This document shows positions 1-11,100 of a stretch of DNA of 20,000 nt, in pieces. This DNA is from an uncultured virus (IMG/VR IMGVR_UViG_3300006923_003182) (taxonomy: Duplodnaviria > Heunggongvirae > Uroviricota > Caudoviricetes): the IMG/VR virus record IMGVR_UViG_3300006923_003182, positions 52,001 through 72,000 of that record, one strand, 5' to 3'. A program made the translations under genes and the position numbers. Position 1 is the stretch's first letter, and each line of letters starts with the position of its first letter. Under the pieces are notes generated by a model, which saw only the letters and a program-made list of their open reading frames with translations, was not told the DNA's origin and searched no databases.

Positions 1-1
1 C

Positions 2-169
2 GTCTACTGAGCCATCGGCATTTAAATCTGCCTTTAGAAAGTCTATAATGCCAAACTCTCCGCCGAGAATTCTTCGCTCTGTTGTCTCCGAATTTATTGT
101 ATTTCCGACAACATTGAGTAGCTCTATTATATCGTTTGATGTAATCTCATTATCACCATCCAAGTCTCC
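2..169 (-). other. Dockerin-like / paired EF-hand-like Dx[DN]xD motifs
   Basis: GDLDGDNEITSNDIIELL (169-116) and ADLNADGSVD (31-2) match the dockerin type I loop-helix pattern GD[LV]NGDG.[IV]...D...L. Confidence 0.6.
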
Positions 170-2068
170 GGTGAGAACCTCCTCGCATATTGCTTCTATT
201 ATTCTATAGCGAGATGTACACTCACAATCTGTATCTGGAGTAATCACTTGCCCAACGAGGTTAGCGGCAACAAGGGCCGCCTCCGGGTTCACTATAACGA
301 CCTCATTGGCCTCGATCATTCCCGGGAGATCAATCTCTCCAGAGAATATGCTTGAATCCCGAACGTTTTTATCTGAAATTTTGCCAAGGAATATACTTGG
401 ATTATTATAATCCAGGCTGTCCAGATCTTTTATCATTCCAAAGGATGGGTAGTCTTCTATTTTTGAATAAACAAGATTCCCAGTTCTTGGATGAGTCTTG
501 GGGTCTGAAAACTTGTCTTCTCTAGAAAGAGTTAGATAGTTTGTTCCGCCCTCCGATACATCGCTTATGGATATATTTCTCTCGAATTTTGATATATGAG
601 TTCCGCCAACATATTCTTCTGTTTTTGGAAGAGTTATTGGGGTTCCATCACTTGCATATGCAGAGCCATTGGTAACTTCTATGGAGTCGGAATGAATAAC
701 AAACCACAAAGATGCCGTTATATCATCAACATAAACTCTATTTTTTGAGTCATATTCTACATACCTGCTCTGCTGGCGACCGAATCGCTCTGTTACCGAT
801 AGGTCTTGCCCGTTGTCTTCTTTTCTAGATACGGCATCATATCCCTTCTCGAGGAGTATCGTGCCGGTTTTATTGCTCCCTCTTCTGGAGATTAAAACGA
901 CGTAGTATTTATCGACCTCCATCGATGGTTCGATATCGGGGTCTGCAATCAGCATATCAGCAAAATTAAAGCTGACTATCTTCGGCGTGCTGCTAAGCTC
1001 GTATCCAAGATCTTTCAAGTCCTCTTGACTATAGGCTCTTTCCGCTATTGGCTCTGGCTCGGGATCAAAATCAATGAAGTTATCCGGGACATGATCTGAG
1101 GAGCACTTTGTTTCTGTTGACAGCTTGTGAATTGATACAACTATATCTCCAGAAAATTCATACTCAAGGCCCGCATCAGCATCCAGGTCTTCCTCTATCG
1201 ATACCAACAAATCGACCCTCTGGAGGTTATTTGTTCTAGATAGAAACTTCTGACCGTACATCGGAGAATCCGACGAAGCAGCCGCAAAAGACACCTTGCT
1301 TTCTGATTCTAGCTCAATGTATAAGTCAGATATTGAATTCTCGGACCCCAATAAGTCTATTATTTCATCTTTTATCGTCTTTTCTGGATCCGAGCTTATA
1401 AAATTAGAAATTCCAATATTTGGAGACTCAACCTGAAAGGACGAGGTCGTACGTGCGAAAACCTTTAGTGGCTCAGCCTCTCTGAATATAAAGCCGCCAC
1501 CGGCATCTGAAATTGAATTAAGGCTTTCAGCATATGACAAAAACTCTGTTCTTCCAGTCCCTCCGGAGAAGTTATTGAAAATAACACCGGAAATACTAGT
1601 ATAGTAATTTTCTGTAACTTGCACTTCATTATCTTTAAACTCTAAAATCTCAGAGGTCAGAAGTCCCGAATCACCAATGCCGTTGAATCTTTTTCCTAAA
1701 ATCAATACCTTTGCGGCATGTCTTCCTCCGAGATTAAGGCCGTGCGCCTCAACCTCGATCCTTTCTCCATGGGCAGAATCTGCCGGCTGTCGATCAAAAT
1801 ATACGGCAGAGCCGTCAAAGGATCCAGATTCTATTTTGAATTCGGAAGGGTTTGCGCCAGAAGAGTGCGCCCCAGGAGCCGAAGTATCCAGAAGAATCCT
1901 CTCGCCAAACGGCGCATCTTGAACCACGCCACTTCCGTGAAAGTCAATATTTAGCTCAGATACTAGAGATCTATGATGAATCTGCTCTTCGTCTAAATCC
2001 CTCTCTGTAACCCGCTGCCCATCAAAGAAGTTAATCCTTGGGGCATTGGCTTTTTTCATATTTCCCAT
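2..2068 (-). CDS. Large virion structural protein (at least 689 aa, runs off the left edge); putative tail-fibre/baseplate-anchored protein with a dockerin-like Ca-binding repeat
   Basis: Absent from the ORF track because it has no stop inside the window. Reading the frame by hand found no stop from 2068 to 2. It starts MGNMKKANAPRINFFDGQRVTERDLDEEQIHH, with AGGAG 6 nt upstream of the ATG at 2068 (alternative ATG at 2059). It lies directly after the gpI-like gene and ends ...GDLDGDNEITSNDIIELL...KADLNADGSVD at the edge. The ORF is secure; the product call is tentative. Confidence 0.85.
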   Translation of the reverse strand, partial: MGNMKKANAPRINFFDGQRVTERDLDEEQIHHRSLVSELNIDFHGSGVVQDAPFGERILLDTSAPGAHSSGANPSEFKIESGSFDGSAVYFDRQPADSAHGERIEVEAHGLNLGGRHAAKVLILGKRFNGIGDSGLLTSEILEFKDNEVQVTENYYTSISGVIFNNFSGGTGRTEFLSYAESLNSISDAGGGFIFREAEPLKVFARTTSSFQVESPNIGISNFISSDPEKTIKDEIIDLLGSENSISDLYIELESESKVSFAAASSDSPMYGQKFLSRTNNLQRVDLLVSIEEDLDADAGLEYEFSGDIVVSIHKLSTETKCSSDHVPDNFIDFDPEPEPIAERAYSQEDLKDLGYELSSTPKIVSFNFADMLIADPDIEPSMEVDKYYVVLISRRGSNKTGTILLEKGYDAVSRKEDNGQDLSVTERFGRQQSRYVEYDSKNRVYVDDITASLWFVIHSDSIEVTNGSAYASDGTPITLPKTEEYVGGTHISKFERNISISDVSEGGTNYLTLSREDKFSDPKTHPRTGNLVYSKIEDYPSFGMIKDLDSLDYNNPSIFLGKISDKNVRDSSIFSGEIDLPGMIEANEVVIVNPEAALVAANLVGQVITPDTDCECTSRYRIIEAICEEVLTGDLDGDNEITSNDIIELLNVVGNTINSETTERRILGGEFGIIDFLKADLNADGSVD

Positions 2069-2074
2069 TCACTG

Positions 2075-2079
2075 CTCCT
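2075..2079 (-). promoter_or_regulatory. Shine-Dalgarno site AGGAG for the 2..2068 ORF
   Basis: Minus strand TAGGAGCAGTGA-ATG, 6-nt spacing. Confidence 0.75.
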
Positions 2080-2092
2080 AACTAACACATTG

Positions 2093-2118
2093 TCGATATT
2101 AGCTTGATTATTAATAGA
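2093..2118 (-). promoter_or_regulatory. Conserved bipartite intergenic motif TCTATTA-N11-AATATCGA, copy 1; candidate late promoter
   Basis: Minus strand reads TCTATTA ATAATCAAGCT AATATCGA, ending 24 nt upstream of ATG 2068. The boxes and spacing are identical to those at 16349-16374. Confidence 0.65.
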
Positions 2119-2122
2119 GCCA

Positions 2123-5100
2123 TCAGCAATGATTTCTTGGAAATTTTACCAAGGCATTTGAGTGAGCGGGCTTAAGCCTATTTACCAATTCAATTATTAA
2201 ATCTTCTGTTTTTTCATCAGTTATTCTACCTAGATCGTCTAGAATTTCTATATCAAAGTTATAAATGCCTCTTTCTGGATCGATTATCGATGCAAAATTT
2301 TCATCGTCTGCCATTACCTTCGTAAAGTTTATAATAGCAGTTGTCATATCATCTTCTATTATTGGATATATGGATTCTTTATTTTCTGAATAATTTATAT
2401 CTATATAATTTCCGTAAATATCTCTTGGAATGTGCCTTGCAACCCTACTGAATCGTATATTGTCAATTCTAGAATAAGCCGATCTTCCTCCGAGGATATC
2501 CCCTCCGACTCCTATTGTTCTGAAGTCATCAACAATTTTGATTTTATAATTATTTGATGCAATCGTTCCTCGGGAAGATAATTGCTGCCCGTAGGTTATT
2601 CCGCCATTATACGTTAAATTTGTTCCATAAGTTATTGTTCCGCCCTCGATTCCATCGACAAACATCGTCATATTATCCCGACTGGAATTTGCCTTATACG
2701 TGCAAATTATTCTATGCCAAGTATTTTTTGTCCAATTTATATTTGTCTTCACTGCATTCTCTATTCCACTTGCGGTTATGGAAAATACAATTTGGCCAAA
2801 TTTACTTTTATATATTGATATTCTATCCCCAGAAAACTCCAGGGGAACATATGAGACTACAACGTCTACATCGTGCCCGGGCAGCGCCTCTCTTAGGCTT
2901 ACCTCTCTTCCGTTCGGAGATAAAATAGCACCGACGGAGAAATCCTTATCCGTTCCGGTTCCTCCTGCGAGACGTCCGGATATCTGACTCCTATGTATCT
3001 CGTCGAAAAGTATGGCGTCCGCCTCTTCTTGGGTATAAAACTCCGAAAACTCCTTTGTTTTTCTCATTAATCTTATTCCAATGATTTTCGAGGCGGCAGA
3101 GGGCAGGCGAATAGAAGTTGGGGAGCTGGCCGAGACTCTGGCCATTGCAGATGATGCGATATCTATATAGTATCGGTCTTCGTCGTCAGCCTCTGTGTCC
3201 ATGGCCGGACTGACCCAAAGCTCGATGGACCCCTCGTCCCTTCTGAAGTATGAATCTTTATTGTTTAAAATCAATGGCGGTGAGTTTATGAATCTTGCAG
3301 ATTCGCCAAAGGCCGAGTTTACACTAACCCCAGAAATATCACTACTCCCTATTCCCGGATAATATGTAGCATCATTAAATATTGGACCACCGGCTGCAGC
3401 GTGGGACTCGAGATACGTCGCTCTTGAGTCCTCTTTTGAAAATCCAATTCTCATCATGTTGTCAACGAAGGTTGCTTCGTTATTTATATGGGCGAGTAAT
3501 AGGGCTATTTGTTCTGTGTTTAATTTAAATTTAAAGTTCGTTTCTTCATTTAAAAACTCTTTTAAGCGCAGCCTTCTTCGCTGTAATTCAATTGGATTCT
3601 CAAAATGAATAAGGGCCAGGGTTTGACGGTCAGGGCAGGATCTATTTGGATCATTGAATTCACCAGTAATGCTCCTTACTCCGGCACGGCCGGTGGCAAC
3701 TGGTCGGGTATCTTGCGACATCTCAGAGATTATTTTAAATTCATCAATTACTCCGCCAAACTGCCCCTCTCCTCTTATATCGGTTCCTATAAATGAATCT
3801 TTCCCTATCCTTGGAACGGACACTTTTAGCCTGGTTGGGTAGTCGAGCTCGTATTTTCCAGGATGCAACTCAAAGGGAACGGTCCCACCGGTCCCTGCCG
3901 TTGTAATATTAAATAGGCCAGCCCGATAAGACTCAAACTCTGCAGTTTCGCCACCATTCACCGACTCTGTAATCAAATCTGTCTCTACAAGCTCGACAAC
4001 GCATGGTTCGTAGTCGATGTCTGCAACGCCAAGGGACCCGGCAATTCTTGAAACATTTAAAAATGTCTTTGACAACTCAACGCTTCCGTTTTCTCTTAAG
4101 ATAACTCTCTCAACTCCGACTCCATCCGTAGTATCTCCAAAAACATCAATAAAACTATCACCCAGGCTGGCGCCATATCCGTCTATATATCCATCGCGAT
4201 CATCACAGAAAATCACATTGTCGGAGTCAAATCGTAGCGTCAGATTCCGCCCCAGATTCTGAGTTGAAATCCTTCCAGACTCCGAGGTTAGCAAGTTATG
4301 CCCAAGCTCAGAGTCAAGCGAAATCTCAAAGTCTACCGACGAGCCCCATGGGCCAGTTTCGTAACTATCAATCGCCGGAATCATTCGATCAAGAACAACT
4401 CTTCGCATAGATATGTCATCCAAATCGATCGGCGGCGTAGAGTGGGTTTTTAGGATGCTCTTTCCGCTATATTTCTCAATGTCAAATCCGGAGTCCGAAT
4501 AGTAAGAAGAGCCAGATAGCCAAATCCCCTCTTTTAGCCTTCCAAGGACGAGTCCAAATGTTCTAATGTGAATGTCTAAATCTGAATACTCAATTGTATC
4601 TGTACTTTTGCAATCAACATTTCCACCAACAAATTCTATCGTTCGATCCGACACGTTGGCCCGGAAGGATGGCTTAATTATTTCATCTCCAGATATTATA
4701 TTTATCGCCCCACTGTCTACCGAATAGAGAACCCCACCGAGCTCCATCTCTTCTCCGTTACATGTTTTTCTATAAATCGAAAACTTTTCATTTTTAAGAT
4801 CTGTTTTAATTCTACTCTTAATTCCGGCTGTCGGAGCAAAAGAGAATCTGATATCTGATGCCGAAGTATTAAATACAACTGGATTTAAATTAATGCCAGA
4901 CACTATTGTTACGCGGCTAGAGTCGATTACGCTTCCTATTATTAGCTCTTCTCCGACCATGGTTGGGGCCATTCCGGACGATCTTATTATAATAGATCTA
5001 CCAACCATGTCCGAGGAGAACCCTGCATCGCCGGAGTATAGAGAGCTGGAGCCGGCAGATACCGTTCCGTCCTCATATATGTCTGAAAACAATATATTGT

Positions 5101-8100
5101 CTATCGCAAATCCGTGCAGCACCTCTTGGCCAATGTCTGAAAATTTATCATTTATTTTTATCTTTGCCGAACCACCAAATCTATATAGATTTGGAGCCTC
5201 TAGGCCATCAAGAAATAGGTGCATTTCATCTTGCTCGTTAAGAGTATTTAACCTCCAACTTGCAGCGACATGATGCAGCTCTCCGGGCCTAAAGTTCTTT
5301 ATATTTGTAGCTATATTAAAAACACCCGATTCGGAAGATGACTTACTTTCTTTTATTCTAAAATTTAGAAATCCCTTGCCATCCTTGAACAGAGAGACTC
5401 TTCCGTGGCGCTCATCCTCTCCGGTATCGTATATATACCTGAATCTGTCTGAATTTAAATAAATCTCATCCACGTCATAATCTGGGCCGGACAGGTAGCC
5501 ATCGGCGTAACCATCAATATAGCCATCGGCGTAACCATCAATATAGCCTTCGGCGTAACCATCCACGAACAGGGCCGGCTCTCCCGCAAAGAAGGAGAAC
5601 AAAACCTTTGAATCAGTATTTATAAATATATCATTGCTCTCTAGCGTACTCACCCTCTCCTCGTGCCTTCCCTCAAAGGACACTAGGGATAAATCCAGAG
5701 AGGAAGATCTTTCTGAGGCTGGCTCGAAAACAGATGAGTCAAGCCATCTTATCGCAATGTATGGCTCGGACAGGAGATCGCAGTCATCCAGATTGGCATC
5801 ATTAAAATCTGACCCGGCAAGCCTTGACAAAATTGTGCTGTCTGCGCTTATTGTTATATTTCCATCTAAATCTTTATCTACGCTTAGTCCGATAAACTCA
5901 TTAGATATCCAGTCCAAATATACTATGTCCAAAATGGAGTTATCTACTCCGTCCATAATAACAGCCAGTGGAGTTCCGAAGTTAGCATGAGCTAGGGCGA
6001 TCTTAATAGATATTGATCCATCGCCGATTTCAATTGGAATCATTCCGGAAAACGTACCAGAAATTGCACCATCAAATTCGGACCCGCCGGCTTGATCGAT
6101 GTAATTTGCTCGAAAAAATACAGAAGCAGAGTATTCACCGCCGGAGCATGGGAGGCTTGAATAAATAAGCTCATCTCCACCGGAGAGCCCTCCTCCGCTC
6201 ATTCTATATATTCCTCCGGATTCATTGGTAGAAAAATCACCAACTTTTGCCCACGGGATTGACTCCAGGGACGACCCTCCGGTTATGACGTTTATTAGCT
6301 CAGACTGCGTCTCCCTGATGTTTCTCCACCCAGACTCCTCTATCAGTCCGTCTCCGCAGTATCTGAGCTCCGAGGAGCACACAGCTCCAATACGACACCC
6401 GTTTTCATCTTCACTTCTTCTCGCCCTCAGTACCGATGAAAATTCACCGTTTGTTGTAACCTTTCCTGAAATACCATAATTTGAATGAATTTCTTCAAAT
6501 GTATTTTGAAACGATCGAACCGCTCGGTCTACCTTGTAGCTTCCATCCGGAAGTATTGACGGGAAGCCAAAATCAGAATTGATGACGAGAGAATACAGGG
6601 CGGGGTCAGTAGCCATGAGCTGATCTTTGCTTGTAATCTCCCACTCTTCAGAGATTAGGTCTTCATTCTCGCTATACTCGCCCAGAAGAGAAGATATTCC
6701 CCAGTATAAATATTTAGAAATCTGACACTCAAAATCACAATTTTTATTATCATCATGATACCACGATGATATCGGGTATACAGCCGGAACTATAGGATAA
6801 TATCCTCCCCGCGCCGTATTCATGGCGGTTGTCAGCTCCGATCCGACGAAGAGCCCAAACTTGTCCGGGTATGTATTTGAATAGCCCACATCACCTATTA
6901 AACTCCACACCATTCTGGTCGTTGGATCTACAGCTTCGTCCGAGATGTCATTTGAATATATTACAATACCAGTATTAAACTCTTTATCTTCCCAAATTCT
7001 TGACTCAAGTGAGTCAAAATCGCCTCTATCTTCTGAGACTATTATATATGAATTTCTTTCCGTCAAATTTTGAATAACGAGCTTATTATCAGGATGACCG
7101 TCTTCGTCATTATCCAAGAGCTGGGCAAGAACATTTGCAACGTGCAGGACTTTTTCGCTTGAAGCCAAGCTCGTAGAGAAAATATGAATCCCGAATACAT
7201 TAATGTACTTTACAAGCCCCGCGGCAAAAAACGAAGATAACTCCGCCGGGGGATTGGAAAACTCCAGGGAGAAATCGTCGTATATCGGGAACGCTCCAGA
7301 TGGAATTACTACATTTTTATCTATTCGACTCCTAATAACCCACTGGCCCGCATCTTCAGACAGCGGTGATTCGCAGGTCTCATCGAAGCCTATAAATATC
7401 CCCTCGCTTACATCCGCATTATGAGGAAGACCAGAAGACACGAGCGGAAAATCATCTTTGTTTACAGAAAACGGCATACGCATGGGGTTTCTTGCGGTCT
7501 TTCCAATAAATATGTCTTCCAATCCAAACCTATTTTTTATGGAATAATTATATTTTCCTATATTAAATACAGACTGGCACATGCTATCTGGAGCAGATAT
7601 GGAGATTCCGTGCCCAAATGATGAGTCGCTATGCGACATAAGATCCGAGTAGAGAACTTGAGCTTTCTTTCCGGCATTTAGGTGCGTCTTTAGCAACACA
7701 GAGACAACGTTATCTAATGGATTATGATCTGTTGTTACATTGACGTGACCAGAGCTCCAATCTAATAGGTAGTCCATATTCTCAAAATTAAAAATTTCTT
7801 CAGACAAAGCGCTGGTTGCGAGGGGAATGGAGACAGATTGAGCCACAACTCTTAATCTTCCAATCGGAAGGTAATCGTTCAAGGCCTTCGACCCTGCGGC
7901 GCTAAGATGCTGCATATTTCCGGGGATTCTCTCGATAATAAATCCGCCAATTTTGGTCGGAATTCCGCCCCTTACCGTTCTTCCTGCAAGATCCAAGAAC
8001 GCATACACCTCATATATCCCGCCATTTGAGTCGACGATCTGAAGTACAGACGGGGACTCATCGATAAGGAAATTCTTGTTCAGGAATGACGAAAGATCGA

Positions 8101-11100
8101 TCTCGTGGTCCAACTCAATTCTTATAACCTGGGTGTCTTTATTTCTAAAGTCCAAAAGATTATCAATAACATTGCTAACAGCGCAGACACATCCTCGTAT
8201 GGGGTACGGCCCCTCGTATGACGGATACTCCACCGCATCAATATGCTCTTCTTTCGTCTCGAAGATTAAAATATTTCCATCGGAATCCCTTACCGGCTTC
8301 ACATTAAGCAGAATCTGCAGAGATTTATTATTATCAGAGATAGAAATTGCGGCCACACAATTAGAGTCCAAATCGGACATGTGATGGGATATATCTGTAG
8401 AATGTCCAAGCGCTTCGGGAAGGGAGAAGGTATCAACTCTTATGCTCGTATCGAGCCTAAGTGGGCCAAAATGAGAAAGGGCCGGTGGGCTTTTCTTTAG
8501 CCCAAACTCTCCGGACGAAACCTTCTCTAGTCCAGATTCGTCGTATACCATCTTGTAGTTCGATATAGAGACTCCATCTCCAGAGTAATCTATAGTCCCA
8601 ACAGCGTTGGATATCTCGAATAATTCAAATTTATTTTTGAGGCTAAACGGATCCGTGGTTGTATTGTAATAAAACCTATCTTCTCCGATATCATCCAAGT
8701 TAATCGTTAAGGTTGCATCATTATTTATACCTGCCCACTCCGGACGAATCCATGCAGATAGCGTTCCCTCTTCTATTGAAATATTTGAATCGGAGGGTAT
8801 TTTAACAATATTATCATCATTTATCATCAGCCCTGAGCCAAATCGACCCTCGGAGAAATCCAGAACACCGCTGTATTCAACTCCACCCGGAGATAAGTAG
8901 TCTCGCCCAAGAATCCAGTTTCCAAAATGAGACTCAGTTATCTCCGGCTCAATCAGTGTGAACGATTCTATCAATGATTTGAACGCCGGGACGGTCGGCC
9001 CAGATGTAAATGCCTCTAGCGTCCCCAGTAGCGCGCTTCTATACGTTTCGCGGTCTGTCGACATAGAGAAGTCTTTGAAAAATGGTATATCAGTTAGGTT
9101 TCCGAAGTTTTTCCTCAGAGCATCCCTGAGCGCTCCGTATTTGTATGATACATAATAATCCTGCCCCTCGATCATCGCATTGGAGATGGACCAGTCAATT
9201 TGATTATCTCCATATTCATATGATACATAGATATCGTCAGCAACATACGAGTAATCTAAAAAGATCTTCCCGTACCTATAATCCACAATGAGACTATCTC
9301 CGGGCTCGGGGATGTTGCTATCGATATAAGATATATCTACCATATCTCCATTTGCAACGGCGGCATCCGACGGAATTAATATCTCCATTCTATCTTCATA
9401 GATGTCTACAGTGGCTTTTACAATGATCTTCGCGCCCGCTCCTACTGTCGGCTCTTGCGCCTCTACGTTATTTACTGCAGGAGAGAAGACGTCAAGCGTT
9501 GATGTCAGGCTGTCAAAGTTATTTATTTCGAACCTATTTCCATCCGAATCAAGCAGAAAATCTTCTAGGTTATCTATTGATGAATTTATGCTTCCGCTCC
9601 TAATCCCGGCCGAGGCTGTGCCATCGAAAGAATTGGAGAAAACTATTTCAACATCGTCGATTTTTGTTACATTTAGCTTCTCATCAAACAGCTCCTCTCC
9701 CGTTTTGGACAAGGTTATTGATAATAGTTTGCTAATATTTGAATCTTTTACCGTTATACTATAAGTCCCATCTTTTTCTATCAGGTAGCGACTATCATGC
9801 CTCTTTAGATCGATAACATTGGCGTCGATCTTCATATGTGAGGCGTTATAAATATTTCCGCCGCCGTCCGAAACAAAGGAGGTTAACAAGGAAGCATCGA
9901 GGGCCGATTTTCTTTTGGATCTGTACCTGCTATCAAGGCTAGCGCCTACAACTGATTCTTTTAAGTAAATTCCATTTATCTGTCTTATATCGGACATCAT
10001 GGCAACCGTATAGTCGCCGAGAACAGTTGCAGCAGAAACCGCCTCCCCGTGAGAGTTAAATGTACTTCCAATCTCCGGAGACTCAAATGATGGCTCTAGA
10101 TCTATTAGTGATATACTATTGGAATCAAGAGAGAAATCTTCATATATTACGGCTGCATTTTTAATCGAATCAGAAGCTCTGTTTTTCTTTGCGATCTGAT
10201 CCGAGCTTAATAGGTTGGGGTTTTTGGTTATAATCTTTGAGCAACTATATTTTGCCGTTCCAAGCGCGAGGGGGTCCTGGCTCTTATTGATTCCAAGATA
10301 TACAACTCCATGCGCATAATCAACAACATAGTCTCCAACGCGAGTTATCCTGGATAAATTCTCAAAAAATTTATCGCCGCGCTTAGACAAAACCGACGAT
10401 ACAAACCCCGATCTTGATGCCTCGTTGATGTCGTAATCAGATGAAAGCGGAGAAAAGAACCTCTCTTCTATAAATACATCATCTTTGGAAAAAGATAATG
10501 ATGAATTAAAAAAGACACCCATGGCGTCAAGCTCTTTATTTAAAATGCCAATATTTGAAAGAGCCATGGAAATAACTCTTGGCCCAATAATCACTTCCGA
10601 GCCCAGCATGGGGGTCGACAAGGAGTTGGATATTCCAACAGAGTTTATCACGCCCTCTGAGTCGGGGGAGCCAAAAAACTGAATCGGCAGATCGTCCGAA
10701 TCGGACTCCCCTCTTATAAAGTATTCTTTTGAGTTCTCGTCGATCAGCTCTGCCGGGATGCCCGGCTTGATCTTAATGTTACTATTTGAACCTCCAGATA
10801 CAACCGTAGTCTTAAATGCCGGAGAGACAAACTCTTCGAATGGCTCGATTTTTTCTGCATCAACCTTTAGGAACTCTGCCATTTCTGATTTTTTAGACTC
10901 AAACTTTGGAGGAGTTCGGCCAGTGAAATGGATTTCCGTATCGGTAGTGTATAGTTTTTTATATACTTCTCCCGTTGTTTGGTTTACAATTCTAAATACA
11001 TTTGTTATCGGCTGATGCGCCGTCTCTACCGAGAAAGACGACGTAAAGTTGTTTTCCACATGCTCGGCCGAGACCTCCTCGTGACATGGAGCTCTATAAT

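Noticed and set aside
5496..5563. Tandem repeat as a CRISPR array or DGR template/variable repeat
   Set aside because: There are no spacers, the units are directly adjacent and in frame, and no cas or reverse-transcriptase gene is present in the window.
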